Below are positions 17,617 to 26,408 of a DNA stretch of 40,053 bases, piece after piece. The notes beneath the pieces were generated by a model. The model did not search any database. It saw only the letters and a list, made by a program, of their open reading frames with translations, and had not been told where the DNA came from. The translations under genes and the position numbers were made by a program. The DNA is from a bacterium. Lineage in GTDB: Bacteria; Bacteroidota; Ignavibacteria; UBA10030. Numbering within the stretch: position 1 is the stretch's first letter; each line of letters opens with the position of its first letter. The stretch is from the NCBI GenBank assembly GCA_043803945.1, contig JAZDJN010000051.1:1-40053 (forward strand), given 5' to 3'.

Positions 17617-20600
17617 TTGATGATAAACGGAAGGACCTGCCCAATGCCTGACCGTCGATCCTGGTATGCATCACTCTTTCCCCGGAATGCGATCATTATT
17701 GCACTTGCTGCGGGGATGGCAGCATTACTCACAGTGCTTATTGGTCTTCATGTGATGTTTCCCGGAACACCCTATGGAGGAGATCCAAGACAGTTCTTTG
17801 TCGTGCTCGGTGCCGCACTCTCGGGACCCATTGGAGGATTACTTATTGGCTTTATGGCATCGATTCTCGATCCGATCGCTGATGTCAGGTTCTATACGAT
17901 CTTGCAGCATATGCTTGGTGCATTGTGGGTGGGCTGGGCCTATCGACGGTTCTGCATGAACAAGAACAACTTTCGAACATTTATCCTCTCCTGGTTTGCT
18001 ATCCTCTTTGTATTCTTTTTCGGTTCAATCATTCCGGTCATCCTCTCCGCATATTATTTCGCACCGCTTGATTACCGTATCATCGCGGGCCCCACGGCCT
18101 CTCCTCCTGAGGTGTGGTACCGAATTTTTCAAATTTGGATGTCGGACTTTATTTTCACTCTGGTGTTTACAACAGCACTTTTGCTTGTCGTTCCTCCATC
18201 GTTCCGAAGAGCCTATTGGGGTACCACAGAGCCTGACGCGCTCCCCAGAAATCCACACCGTGCCTTAATCGGAGTTCGATTAACTTCCGGAATGCTGGTG
18301 TTAATCGTCCTTCCTATTATCATCATCAGTTCATTTCTTCAAAAAAATATTGTCACTTCTTATGGGCAGTATGTCAATGGGAACATCGCCAAGCGATCCC
18401 GAACGCTTGCGAACCAAATCAGAAATTTCCAGGACCCCCGCCATCTTCAATTACTCGTCGGCCCAGAGACGAGTTCCGCAATTTATACCGCAGTGATTAC
18501 AGCCTCAGGAAATTATGCCGCTCATCCCGATACCGATAGACTCAATCAAAGCGCATCTTCGGATTTCTCTCCCAGGGTATATGAGAAAATGCTTCAGATG
18601 GAACATGGGAGCCTCGATGATGCAGCGATGAAGAAGGTGGTTGGGGTGACACGCGTTGTCGGTACTCCATTCATTGTGCTGGCCATTCAGGATCGTGCCG
18701 ATATTTGGACACCCTTCTATGAATTCGAGCAGCGAGCATCGCTGCAGATTGTTTTTAGTGTCCTTCTGGTAGCAGCCATTGGCAGTTTCTTAATTTTGTT
18801 TGTTCTTGTCAAACCGCTCCATCGTCTCAGTAAGGCTATTGAGGAGGTTCGAACGGGTAACTATTACGTGAATGTCGATACAGCCGATATGACAGATGAA
18901 ATCGGTATGCTGGGAGAGTCGTTTAATAGCATGGCAAATCACGTCAGGAAAGCGCGGGCAGACCTGGAAGTAGAAGAGGGGCGCTTCCGTGCTCTCAATG
19001 AACATTCACCGCTCAGTATCCTCCAACTCAATCTGGATGGTTGTTGCGTCTATGCAAATTCACGCTGGCAGGAAATATCCGGGCTCTCTTCTGACGAGAG
19101 CTTCGGGAATCGGTGGCAGAAAGCGATGGACCTTGAGGATCGGGGGCATTTTCAGCAGCGTTGGAATGAGTATGTTGAGCACAACATGAAATTCCTCTTT
19201 GAAGGGCGCATTTGCTCATCGGCAGGAATCACGACCTGGGTGCAATGCCGCGCCGGCCGTATCCGTAGCAAAACTAATGAGGTGACCGGATTCGTCTTAA
19301 CCATCGCCGATGTCACTGAGCGAAAGCGAGCACGACAGGCAATAGAGGAGAGCGAAATGCGGTACTGGTCGCTCTTTAACTCTGCAGCCGATGCCATCTT
19401 TTTAATGGAAGGTGATCTCTTTATTGACTGCAACTCGAGTACATTGATAATGTTCGGATGTACACGTGAGGATATTCTCGATACAACACCTTATCGTTTT
19501 TCTCCAACACGACAACCTGACGGTAGAGATTCCAAAGAGAAAGCGCTTGAGGTGATCAACGCTGCACTTAATGATCAACCACAATTGTTTGAGTGGAAGC
19601 ATTGTAAAGCCGATGGGTCACTCTTTGATGCTGAGGTCCGATTTAATCGCGTGGAGCTGTCTGGAAAACCTCACATCCTTGCCACCGTTCGGGATATCAC
19701 TGAGCGGAAACATGCAGAAAAACAGCTCCACCTCCTGGCGCATACTGTCCGAAGTATCAATGAATCAATTGTTATCACAGATATCGAGAATACTATTTTC
19801 TATGTCAATCCTGCACTTCTGAAAACCTATGGATATTCTGAAGAAGAGGTGATCGGCAAGAATATATCTTTTCTCCGTCCTCAGGTACAAGCCGATGAGG
19901 AGAATGATACCATACTCTCTTCATCACTACAAGGGGGATGGAAAGGTGAACTCCTGAATAAGAAGAAGGATGGGACAATATTTCCGATCGCACTTTCAAC
20001 GTCGATCGTGTATGATGAAAGGAACGACATCATCGGTTTGATCGGTATCTTCACCGACATCACGGAGCAAAAGCGTTCCGAAGAAGCGCTGCGCGCCAGT
20101 GAAGAACAGCATCGCCTCTTTCTGGAAAATTTTACTGGTATTGCCTATCAAACGCAGCCACTCACGTTCAAACCTTCCATCTTTCAGGGTGCCATACAAC
20201 AGATCACCGGTTATTCTGCCGAGGACTTTGAGGAGGGAAGAATTTCCTGGGACAAACTCATTTATCCGGAGGATGTTCCGACTGTCCGGGAGGAAGGGAT
20301 GAAGCTATCGCAAACCCCGGGCTACTTCGGATCGAGTGAGTATCGTTTGATCCGCAAGGATGGATCGGTGCGATGGGTTCAGGACCTGGCCCATGGTGTT
20401 CAACATCCTGAGAATGGCACGAGCTGCATCCAGGGAGCGGTGTACGACATCACCGATCATCATCGTGCAGAAGAAAAGCTGCGCGAAAGCGAACATCGCT
20501 ACCGGTTGCTCTTTCAAAGTAATCCGAATCCGATGTGGGTGTATGACCTTGATAACCTGGCGTTTCTCGATGTGAATGATGCTGCAATCTACCACTATGG

Positions 20601-23175
20601 TTATTCACGGGAAGAATTTCTCGAAATGACAATTATCGATATTCGACCCCCTGAGGATGTTGCAGCACTTCTCAAGAATGTGGCGGCAGTAACCGAGGGG
20701 ATTGATGAGGCGGGAATTTGGCGTCATCGGTTGAAGGACGGCGAATTGATCGATGTTGAGATTACGTCGCATACCGTTGATTATGCTGGCCGCCGGGCCG
20801 AAGTCGTTCTGGCTCATGATGTCACCATCAAGAGACGGTCTGAAGAAGCGTTGCGCTCGAGTCAGGAGCAGTTGCAGAAAATTCTTCAAACCGTACCCGA
20901 TGGTGTCGTAATGGTCGATGCCCAGGGCAGGATCACCTTTGCAAATCCCACAGCTGAACGTACTCTCGGATTGGAACTAAGTTCTATCGCTGACCGGACG
21001 TATAATGATCCCCGCTGGAAGATTACCGCAATTGACGGTTTGTCATTCCCCGAGCATGATCTTCCCTTTATCCGGGTGCAGAACTCGAAAGCTCCCGTCG
21101 TTGGGATTGAACATGCGATCGAATATCCGGATGGAGAGCGGATAATTCTTTCTATTAACGCAGCGCCCCTCTTCGATTCAATGCAAAGATTTTCCGGGAT
21201 GATCGCTTCGTTACAGGATATTACCACGCGGAAGCGAATGGAAAAGGCTCTCGCCAATGAACGAAACCTCCTCCAGACGCTCATCGATACCATCCCCGAT
21301 GCAGTGTACATCAAGAATACGAAGCATCAATTTCTTGCGGCAAACATCACCACGGCCATCTACATGAAGGCAGACAAACCGAACAATCTGATTGGAGCGT
21401 GCGATCATGATTTTTATCCAAGCGCATTGGCCGATACGTTCGTTGAACAGGAGCGTACGATCCTCACAACGGGAACCGCCTTGGAAGAATTTGAGGAAAT
21501 TCGTCTCGACTCATCAGGGAAGCCACAATATTTTCTCACAACGAAGGTTCCTTTGCGGGATAATCAGCAGACGATCATCGGGCTCGTGGGGATTACCAGG
21601 GATACTACAGAACAGCGCGCCTCTGAACAAGCCTTGCGTGAAAGCGAGATGCGGTACCGCACGCTGATTGATAATCTCGGTGAAGGAATTTGTACGGTGG
21701 ATTCTAAGGAACGCATCCTCTTTGCAAACCCGGCTGCGGAAGAGATTTTCGGTGTCCTTCCGGGTATGTTGAACGGTGCTTCACTTGACCGATTTCTCAC
21801 ACCGGATCAATTGAACATTGTTCTGGAGCAGGGACGATTGCGCCAAACGGGTGAACGGACAAATTATGAATTAGAAATTCTGCGCCCCGATGGCGGGAAA
21901 CGGTATCTCGCGGTCACGGGAACACCGGTGTATGATCATCGCGGCCAATTCAAAGAGTCCCTGGGCGTGTTTCGGGATATTACGAAGCAGAAAGAGGCGG
22001 AAGAGGAACAGCGAAATTTGGAGGCACAGCTTGCTCAGGCACAGAAAATGGAAGCGATCGGGAAACTGGCCGGGGGGATCGCCCATGACTTCAATAATAT
22101 TCTCCATGCGATTCTCGGGAATGCAGAGGTTGCCCGGCTCAAGCTCGAGGCAGGGCATCCGATTCATAAATATCTCGATCGGCTGCTGCAAGCCGCGGAG
22201 CGCGCACGAGAGCTTGTACAGCAAATTCTTATCTTCAGCCGCAAACAGGAGATTACCCGCCGCCCGAGTCAAATACAAGAGATCATCAAAGATGCACTGA
22301 AGCTGCTTCGCCCGACGGTTCCCTCGTCGATTAAGATCGTAACGGAGTTACAGGAGATGAGCCCTGTTATTCTTGTCGATCCGGGTCAGATCAATCAGGT
22401 GTTGATGAATCTCTGCGCTAACGCAGTTCATGCGATCGGCATTGAGGGAGGCACAATCAAGATCAAGCAGCAACTAGTGACCATCAGGAAGAAAGGGAAG
22501 CAGAAGAGCCTTCAGTTGCACGAAGGTGATTATGTTGTCGTCTCGTTCATTGATTCAGGCCATGGGATGGACAAGGAGACGATGGATAAAATATTCGAAC
22601 CCTTCTTTACCACGAAAGGGCCCGGACAGGGAACCGGCCTCGGACTTGCCGTGGTACTCGGGATCATGAACAAGCATGAGGGAACGATTACGGTTGAGAG
22701 TTCGATTAGCAGAGGTTCAACATTCTCCCTCTACTTCCCCGTTACGAACATTCCAGCGGCGGCAGAGGAAGAGGAGAAAGTCCCTGCCTTCCCCAAAGGC
22801 GCCGGGGAAAAAATCCTTTTCGTTGACGATGAACAAGCACTGACTGATCTGATGGAAGAGATGCTTCCCGGGTTAGGATATAAAGTAATAACCTATAGGG
22901 ATCCTGAAAAAGCGTGGCAGTATGTTCAGAAGCATCCACAGGAAATCGATGCCCTGATCAGCGATTTTACGATGCCCGGAATGACAGGAATGGTGCTTGC
23001 TTCAAAAATTCATGCTCTCAGACCGGAACTGCCGATCATTATTGTAACGGGATTTGATCAGAATATTGAGATGGTGAAAGCCGGTGCGATAGGTATACGG
23101 GATGTCTTGCTCAAACCGTATCGAACTGAAACGATAGCTCATACTCTCCAAAAAATACTGAGAAGGGATCAATAA
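17617..23175 (+). CDS. Hybrid sensor histidine kinase/response regulator: membrane domain, Cache-like, HAMP, 8 PAS/PAC, HisKA, HATPase, REC
   Basis: DEIGMLGESFNSM HAMP; eight PAS units ending in D(I/V/T)T; GGIAHDFNN H-box; FEPFFTTK, GTGLGL; VDDE...SDFTMP...LLKP receiver; start may be the ATG at 17644. Confidence 0.93.
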   Translation: MMINGRTCPMPDRRSWYASLFPRNAIIIALAAGMAALLTVLIGLHVMFPGTPYGGDPRQFFVVLGAALSGPIGGLLIGFMASILDPIADVRFYTILQHMLGALWVGWAYRRFCMNKNNFRTFILSWFAILFVFFFGSIIPVILSAYYFAPLDYRIIAGPTASPPEVWYRIFQIWMSDFIFTLVFTTALLLVVPPSFRRAYWGTTEPDALPRNPHRALIGVRLTSGMLVLIVLPIIIISSFLQKNIVTSYGQYVNGNIAKRSRTLANQIRNFQDPRHLQLLVGPETSSAIYTAVITASGNYAAHPDTDRLNQSASSDFSPRVYEKMLQMEHGSLDDAAMKKVVGVTRVVGTPFIVLAIQDRADIWTPFYEFEQRASLQIVFSVLLVAAIGSFLILFVLVKPLHRLSKAIEEVRTGNYYVNVDTADMTDEIGMLGESFNSMANHVRKARADLEVEEGRFRALNEHSPLSILQLNLDGCCVYANSRWQEISGLSSDESFGNRWQKAMDLEDRGHFQQRWNEYVEHNMKFLFEGRICSSAGITTWVQCRAGRIRSKTNEVTGFVLTIADVTERKRARQAIEESEMRYWSLFNSAADAIFLMEGDLFIDCNSSTLIMFGCTREDILDTTPYRFSPTRQPDGRDSKEKALEVINAALNDQPQLFEWKHCKADGSLFDAEVRFNRVELSGKPHILATVRDITERKHAEKQLHLLAHTVRSINESIVITDIENTIFYVNPALLKTYGYSEEEVIGKNISFLRPQVQADEENDTILSSSLQGGWKGELLNKKKDGTIFPIALSTSIVYDERNDIIGLIGIFTDITEQKRSEEALRASEEQHRLFLENFTGIAYQTQPLTFKPSIFQGAIQQITGYSAEDFEEGRISWDKLIYPEDVPTVREEGMKLSQTPGYFGSSEYRLIRKDGSVRWVQDLAHGVQHPENGTSCIQGAVYDITDHHRAEEKLRESEHRYRLLFQSNPNPMWVYDLDNLAFLDVNDAAIYHYGYSREEFLEMTIIDIRPPEDVAALLKNVAAVTEGIDEAGIWRHRLKDGELIDVEITSHTVDYAGRRAEVVLAHDVTIKRRSEEALRSSQEQLQKILQTVPDGVVMVDAQGRITFANPTAERTLGLELSSIADRTYNDPRWKITAIDGLSFPEHDLPFIRVQNSKAPVVGIEHAIEYPDGERIILSINAAPLFDSMQRFSGMIASLQDITTRKRMEKALANERNLLQTLIDTIPDAVYIKNTKHQFLAANITTAIYMKADKPNNLIGACDHDFYPSALADTFVEQERTILTTGTALEEFEEIRLDSSGKPQYFLTTKVPLRDNQQTIIGLVGITRDTTEQRASEQALRESEMRYRTLIDNLGEGICTVDSKERILFANPAAEEIFGVLPGMLNGASLDRFLTPDQLNIVLEQGRLRQTGERTNYELEILRPDGGKRYLAVTGTPVYDHRGQFKESLGVFRDITKQKEAEEEQRNLEAQLAQAQKMEAIGKLAGGIAHDFNNILHAILGNAEVARLKLEAGHPIHKYLDRLLQAAERARELVQQILIFSRKQEITRRPSQIQEIIKDALKLLRPTVPSSIKIVTELQEMSPVILVDPGQINQVLMNLCANAVHAIGIEGGTIKIKQQLVTIRKKGKQKSLQLHEGDYVVVSFIDSGHGMDKETMDKIFEPFFTTKGPGQGTGLGLAVVLGIMNKHEGTITVESSISRGSTFSLYFPVTNIPAAAEEEEKVPAFPKGAGEKILFVDDEQALTDLMEEMLPGLGYKVITYRDPEKAWQYVQKHPQEIDALISDFTMPGMTGMVLASKIHALRPELPIIIVTGFDQNIEMVKAGAIGIRDVLLKPYRTETIAHTLQKILRRDQ

Positions 23176-23345
23176 CAATCGATGAGATTGCTGGAGTCCA
23201 AATGAATCTTGCGGATGGCCTGGAGTATCCTGCTATGGGATGCTATTCTGGCAAAAAAAATCCATATTCCTTCTGCACGTGGTCTACCATCGTACTGAAG
23301 CCATGCTTTGAAATGACATTCGTTTATAACAATTGAGGAAATACT

Positions 23346-24911
23346 ATGCGGCCAATCGCATTAATTATTCGTGATGGCTGGGGATACAATGAGAACCCCA
23401 GAGGAAATGCTGTGAAGGCAGCCAACACACCCAATATTGACAGCTATCTGGTAAAGTATCCCTGGATCCTTCTGGACACTTCTGGAGAGCCGGTCGGATT
23501 GCCCGAGGGCTATCAGGGATCGAGCGAGGTCGGCCACCTGAATATGGGTGCGGGGCGTATCGTCATTCAGGAACTCAAGCGCATTGACGATGGATTGAGT
23601 GATGGTACGCTGTATCAATCCGAGAAGTGGCTGAACCTCATTGAGAATTGGAAAGCGAAGAAATCGCGGCTGCATTTCTTCGGTTTACTACAGGACGAGG
23701 GAGTCCATGCACATCAGGAACACTTATTTAAGATGATGCGTCGGGCACGTAGGGAGTTTCCTGATGGGGCAATGATCATCCATCCATTCCTCGACGGTCG
23801 TGATACTCCGCCGCGCAGCACGATGGAGTACATCGCCAAGCTTCAGCAGGTGATGATGGAGGTTGGGAACTGTTCCATCGGAACGTTGATGGGTAGATAC
23901 TATGGCATGGATCGTTCGAGGAACTGGAACCTCACCGATATCGCATATCATTGCATCGTTCTGGCAGAAGGACGCCGAAGTGAATCATCTGAGGCAGCCG
24001 TTAACGAATCGTATGAAAAGGATAAAACGCCGGATGACGTGGAGATGTTCGATGAATACATTCCGCCATACGTTATTGGCTCCTACAATGGAATCCATGA
24101 TGGCGATTGCATTCTCCATACCAACTATCGCCAGGATCGTGCAATTCAATTAACCAGAGCGTTTGTCGATCCGACCTATCCAGGCACTCTTAGGGTAAAA
24201 CCGAAAGTGACCTATATCGGGTTCACACAGTACTACGATGAGTTCACAGAATACATGCTTGGCTCGATGAGTTCTGGCGGCGGGATGAATAACTTATTGG
24301 GTGAGATTATTTCAAATGCCGGCTTGAAACAACTCCGTATTGCCGAAACACAGAAGTTCAGGCACGTCACAAGCTTCTTTAATGGAAAGCAGACTACCCC
24401 GTACAAGCTCGAAGATCAGGTTGAAATCAAAGGACGTTTCGACCCGGCAACCTTCGCGAGTCATCCGGAGATGGATGCGTACAACGTTACCGATGAACTT
24501 CTGAAACGGTTGGAGAATAATCCCTATATGTTTATTGTAGTGAATTACGCGAATGGCGATATGGTCGGACACACCGGCAATTTTGATGCAGCGAAAAAAG
24601 CGATCGAGATCGTCGATGAAAATGTCGGAAAGATCGTCAAGCGATTGATGGAATTAGATGCCCACATCCTCATCACCGCTGATCATGGAAATTCCGAACA
24701 GATGGTCGATTACCAGACCGGTATGACAAAGACGAGTCATACACTCTTTCCGGTTGAACTTATTTACGTGGCGCGGGATAGTGAGGGAAAAAAGTTAATA
24801 TCTCACGGCAAGCTCAGCGACATTGCACCTACAGTGCTGAAGCTGCTCGGTCTTCCGATTCCGACTGAGATGACAGCAGAGGTGTTGCTGAAGGAACAGA
24901 ATGAACACTGA
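23346..24911 (+). CDS. gpmI: 2,3-bisphosphoglycerate-independent phosphoglycerate mutase
   Basis: DGWG, GSSEVGH, DGRD, DMVGHTG, TADHGN motifs. Confidence 0.96.
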   Translation: MRPIALIIRDGWGYNENPRGNAVKAANTPNIDSYLVKYPWILLDTSGEPVGLPEGYQGSSEVGHLNMGAGRIVIQELKRIDDGLSDGTLYQSEKWLNLIENWKAKKSRLHFFGLLQDEGVHAHQEHLFKMMRRARREFPDGAMIIHPFLDGRDTPPRSTMEYIAKLQQVMMEVGNCSIGTLMGRYYGMDRSRNWNLTDIAYHCIVLAEGRRSESSEAAVNESYEKDKTPDDVEMFDEYIPPYVIGSYNGIHDGDCILHTNYRQDRAIQLTRAFVDPTYPGTLRVKPKVTYIGFTQYYDEFTEYMLGSMSSGGGMNNLLGEIISNAGLKQLRIAETQKFRHVTSFFNGKQTTPYKLEDQVEIKGRFDPATFASHPEMDAYNVTDELLKRLENNPYMFIVVNYANGDMVGHTGNFDAAKKAIEIVDENVGKIVKRLMELDAHILITADHGNSEQMVDYQTGMTKTSHTLFPVELIYVARDSEGKKLISHGKLSDIAPTVLKLLGLPIPTEMTAEVLLKEQNEH

Positions 24912-25040
24912 TGACGCTGAAGAAGACAAGATTGCCACAAAAATTATAGCATTACTGCGGATAGCATGGCATTCAGAATTATTCATAATACTTCATCTGT
25001 GGCTATCAGTGCTTTTCGTGTGTTATCGGTGTTCTATCCT
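24900..25040. repeat. Degenerate inverted-repeat element of the ATCTGTG/ATCAGTG family
   Basis: GAACACTGATGAC... arm and ATCTGTGGCTATCAGTG...ATCGGTGTTCTATC arm resemble the 6733-6882 units. Confidence 0.5.
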
Positions 25041-25146
25041 TGGTTTTTCTTATGAATGAAATTATTATCTGAACATCTGACGTTACGCAGGAAGAAGAAT
25101 ATGTATAATTGAAGTGATTAATCTTGTTTTTGACCTCCCCTTTTGG

Positions 25147-25319
25147 GGGCTGTCCAAAAAGAAATGATGTGTCACACCGGAATGCCTTAATCCGGTGTCC
25201 AGTGCCTTAGTTAAGCATTTTTCTGGATTCCCTGCCTGCCAAAGTTTCTTTAGCACGCAGGCATGCGGCTAAAAGATTGCCGGAATGACAGACCGCAAGT
25301 ATTCTTTTTAGTCAGTCCC
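25147..25319. repeat. Nested palindromic element: outer imperfect IR, REP-like core 25170-25290, 35-bp insert 25231-25265
   Basis: Core homologous to 4066-4169; outer arms GGGCTGTCCAAAAAGAA / TTCTTTTTAGTCAGTCCC. Confidence 0.75.
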
Positions 25320-25414
25320 ATATGGGGTGGTTTGGGATTTACTAATGAGAGCCCAGATTGATTGATGATTTTTCGTTTATACGGAAAGTGTGTTAGTAAT
25401 TAGAAGGGAACAAT

Positions 25415-26275
25415 ATGAAAATCAAAGCGCTCGTATTCGTCTTTTTGCTCTCTGGTTATACAACTTTTTCGCAAGTCACAGTTCGCGAAGACTCCCTTAA
25501 TTCCCCGTCGGTGGGGATGACAATGAAATACCTGGTCCTCTTACCCGATGGTTATGAGAAGAGTCAGGAGCGTTATCCAGCGCTTTATCTGCTGCATGGC
25601 TTTGGAGGCGACTATACGAACTGGGTAAAACAAACGGATTTGGTGCGGTACGCGAAGCAGTATCGATTCATTATTGTTACACCCGATGCAAAGAATAGCT
25701 GGTACACCAATTCAGCGGTGAATGCGCGTGCGAAGTATGAAGATTATATCATGAAAGACCTGATCACGACCATCGACCAGCGCTATCGAACGCTCCAATC
25801 GAAATATCACAGGGCAATCATCGGCTTGTCGATGGGTGGTTATGGTGCGTTAAAACTTGGCATGAAATATCCCTCAAAATATTTCTTTGCCGCCGGATTG
25901 AGCCCTGCAATCCAATTTCCCTCTCGATTGAATGATACGGCAATTGTGAACCGCCGGTCGAAAGAGTCGATTCAGAGCCTCAAGGACATCTTTGGGGAGA
26001 AGCAGGGAGATTCCTGGCTCGCAAACGATGTCTTTGTTCTTGCAGAGAAAGCGAAGCCGAATACACTGCCCTATCTTTATCTTGCGGTCGGATCGCAGGA
26101 TGGCATTCCGGAAATCATCGATGAGACACACCGCTTCGCCGCTACGCTGAGAAAGCTCAACATTCCGTTCGAAATGCACGAGTCCCCCGGTGCCCATGAG
26201 TGGAGATTTTGGGATAAGGAGATTCAAATCATCCTGCGGAAGATTGCAGGACAGATTCGGATGACGGCGCAATAG
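25415..26275 (+). CDS. Secreted alpha/beta-hydrolase, esterase family
   Basis: Signal peptide; LYLLHGFGG, GLSMGG nucleophile, GAHEWRFW His motif. Confidence 0.9.
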   Translation: MKIKALVFVFLLSGYTTFSQVTVREDSLNSPSVGMTMKYLVLLPDGYEKSQERYPALYLLHGFGGDYTNWVKQTDLVRYAKQYRFIIVTPDAKNSWYTNSAVNARAKYEDYIMKDLITTIDQRYRTLQSKYHRAIIGLSMGGYGALKLGMKYPSKYFFAAGLSPAIQFPSRLNDTAIVNRRSKESIQSLKDIFGEKQGDSWLANDVFVLAEKAKPNTLPYLYLAVGSQDGIPEIIDETHRFAATLRKLNIPFEMHESPGAHEWRFWDKEIQIILRKIAGQIRMTAQ

Positions 26276-26408
26276 TTGTTCTCATTGGATTAGTAGCTAC
26301 TCGATATCTCAATGCCGGGATCGAAGGACCAAGCGAGGACTTCGTTGTTGGCGATGTTATATGCCATTTGCTCACATGATTTTTTGTTCATAGATAGGTT
26401 CAAATCCA

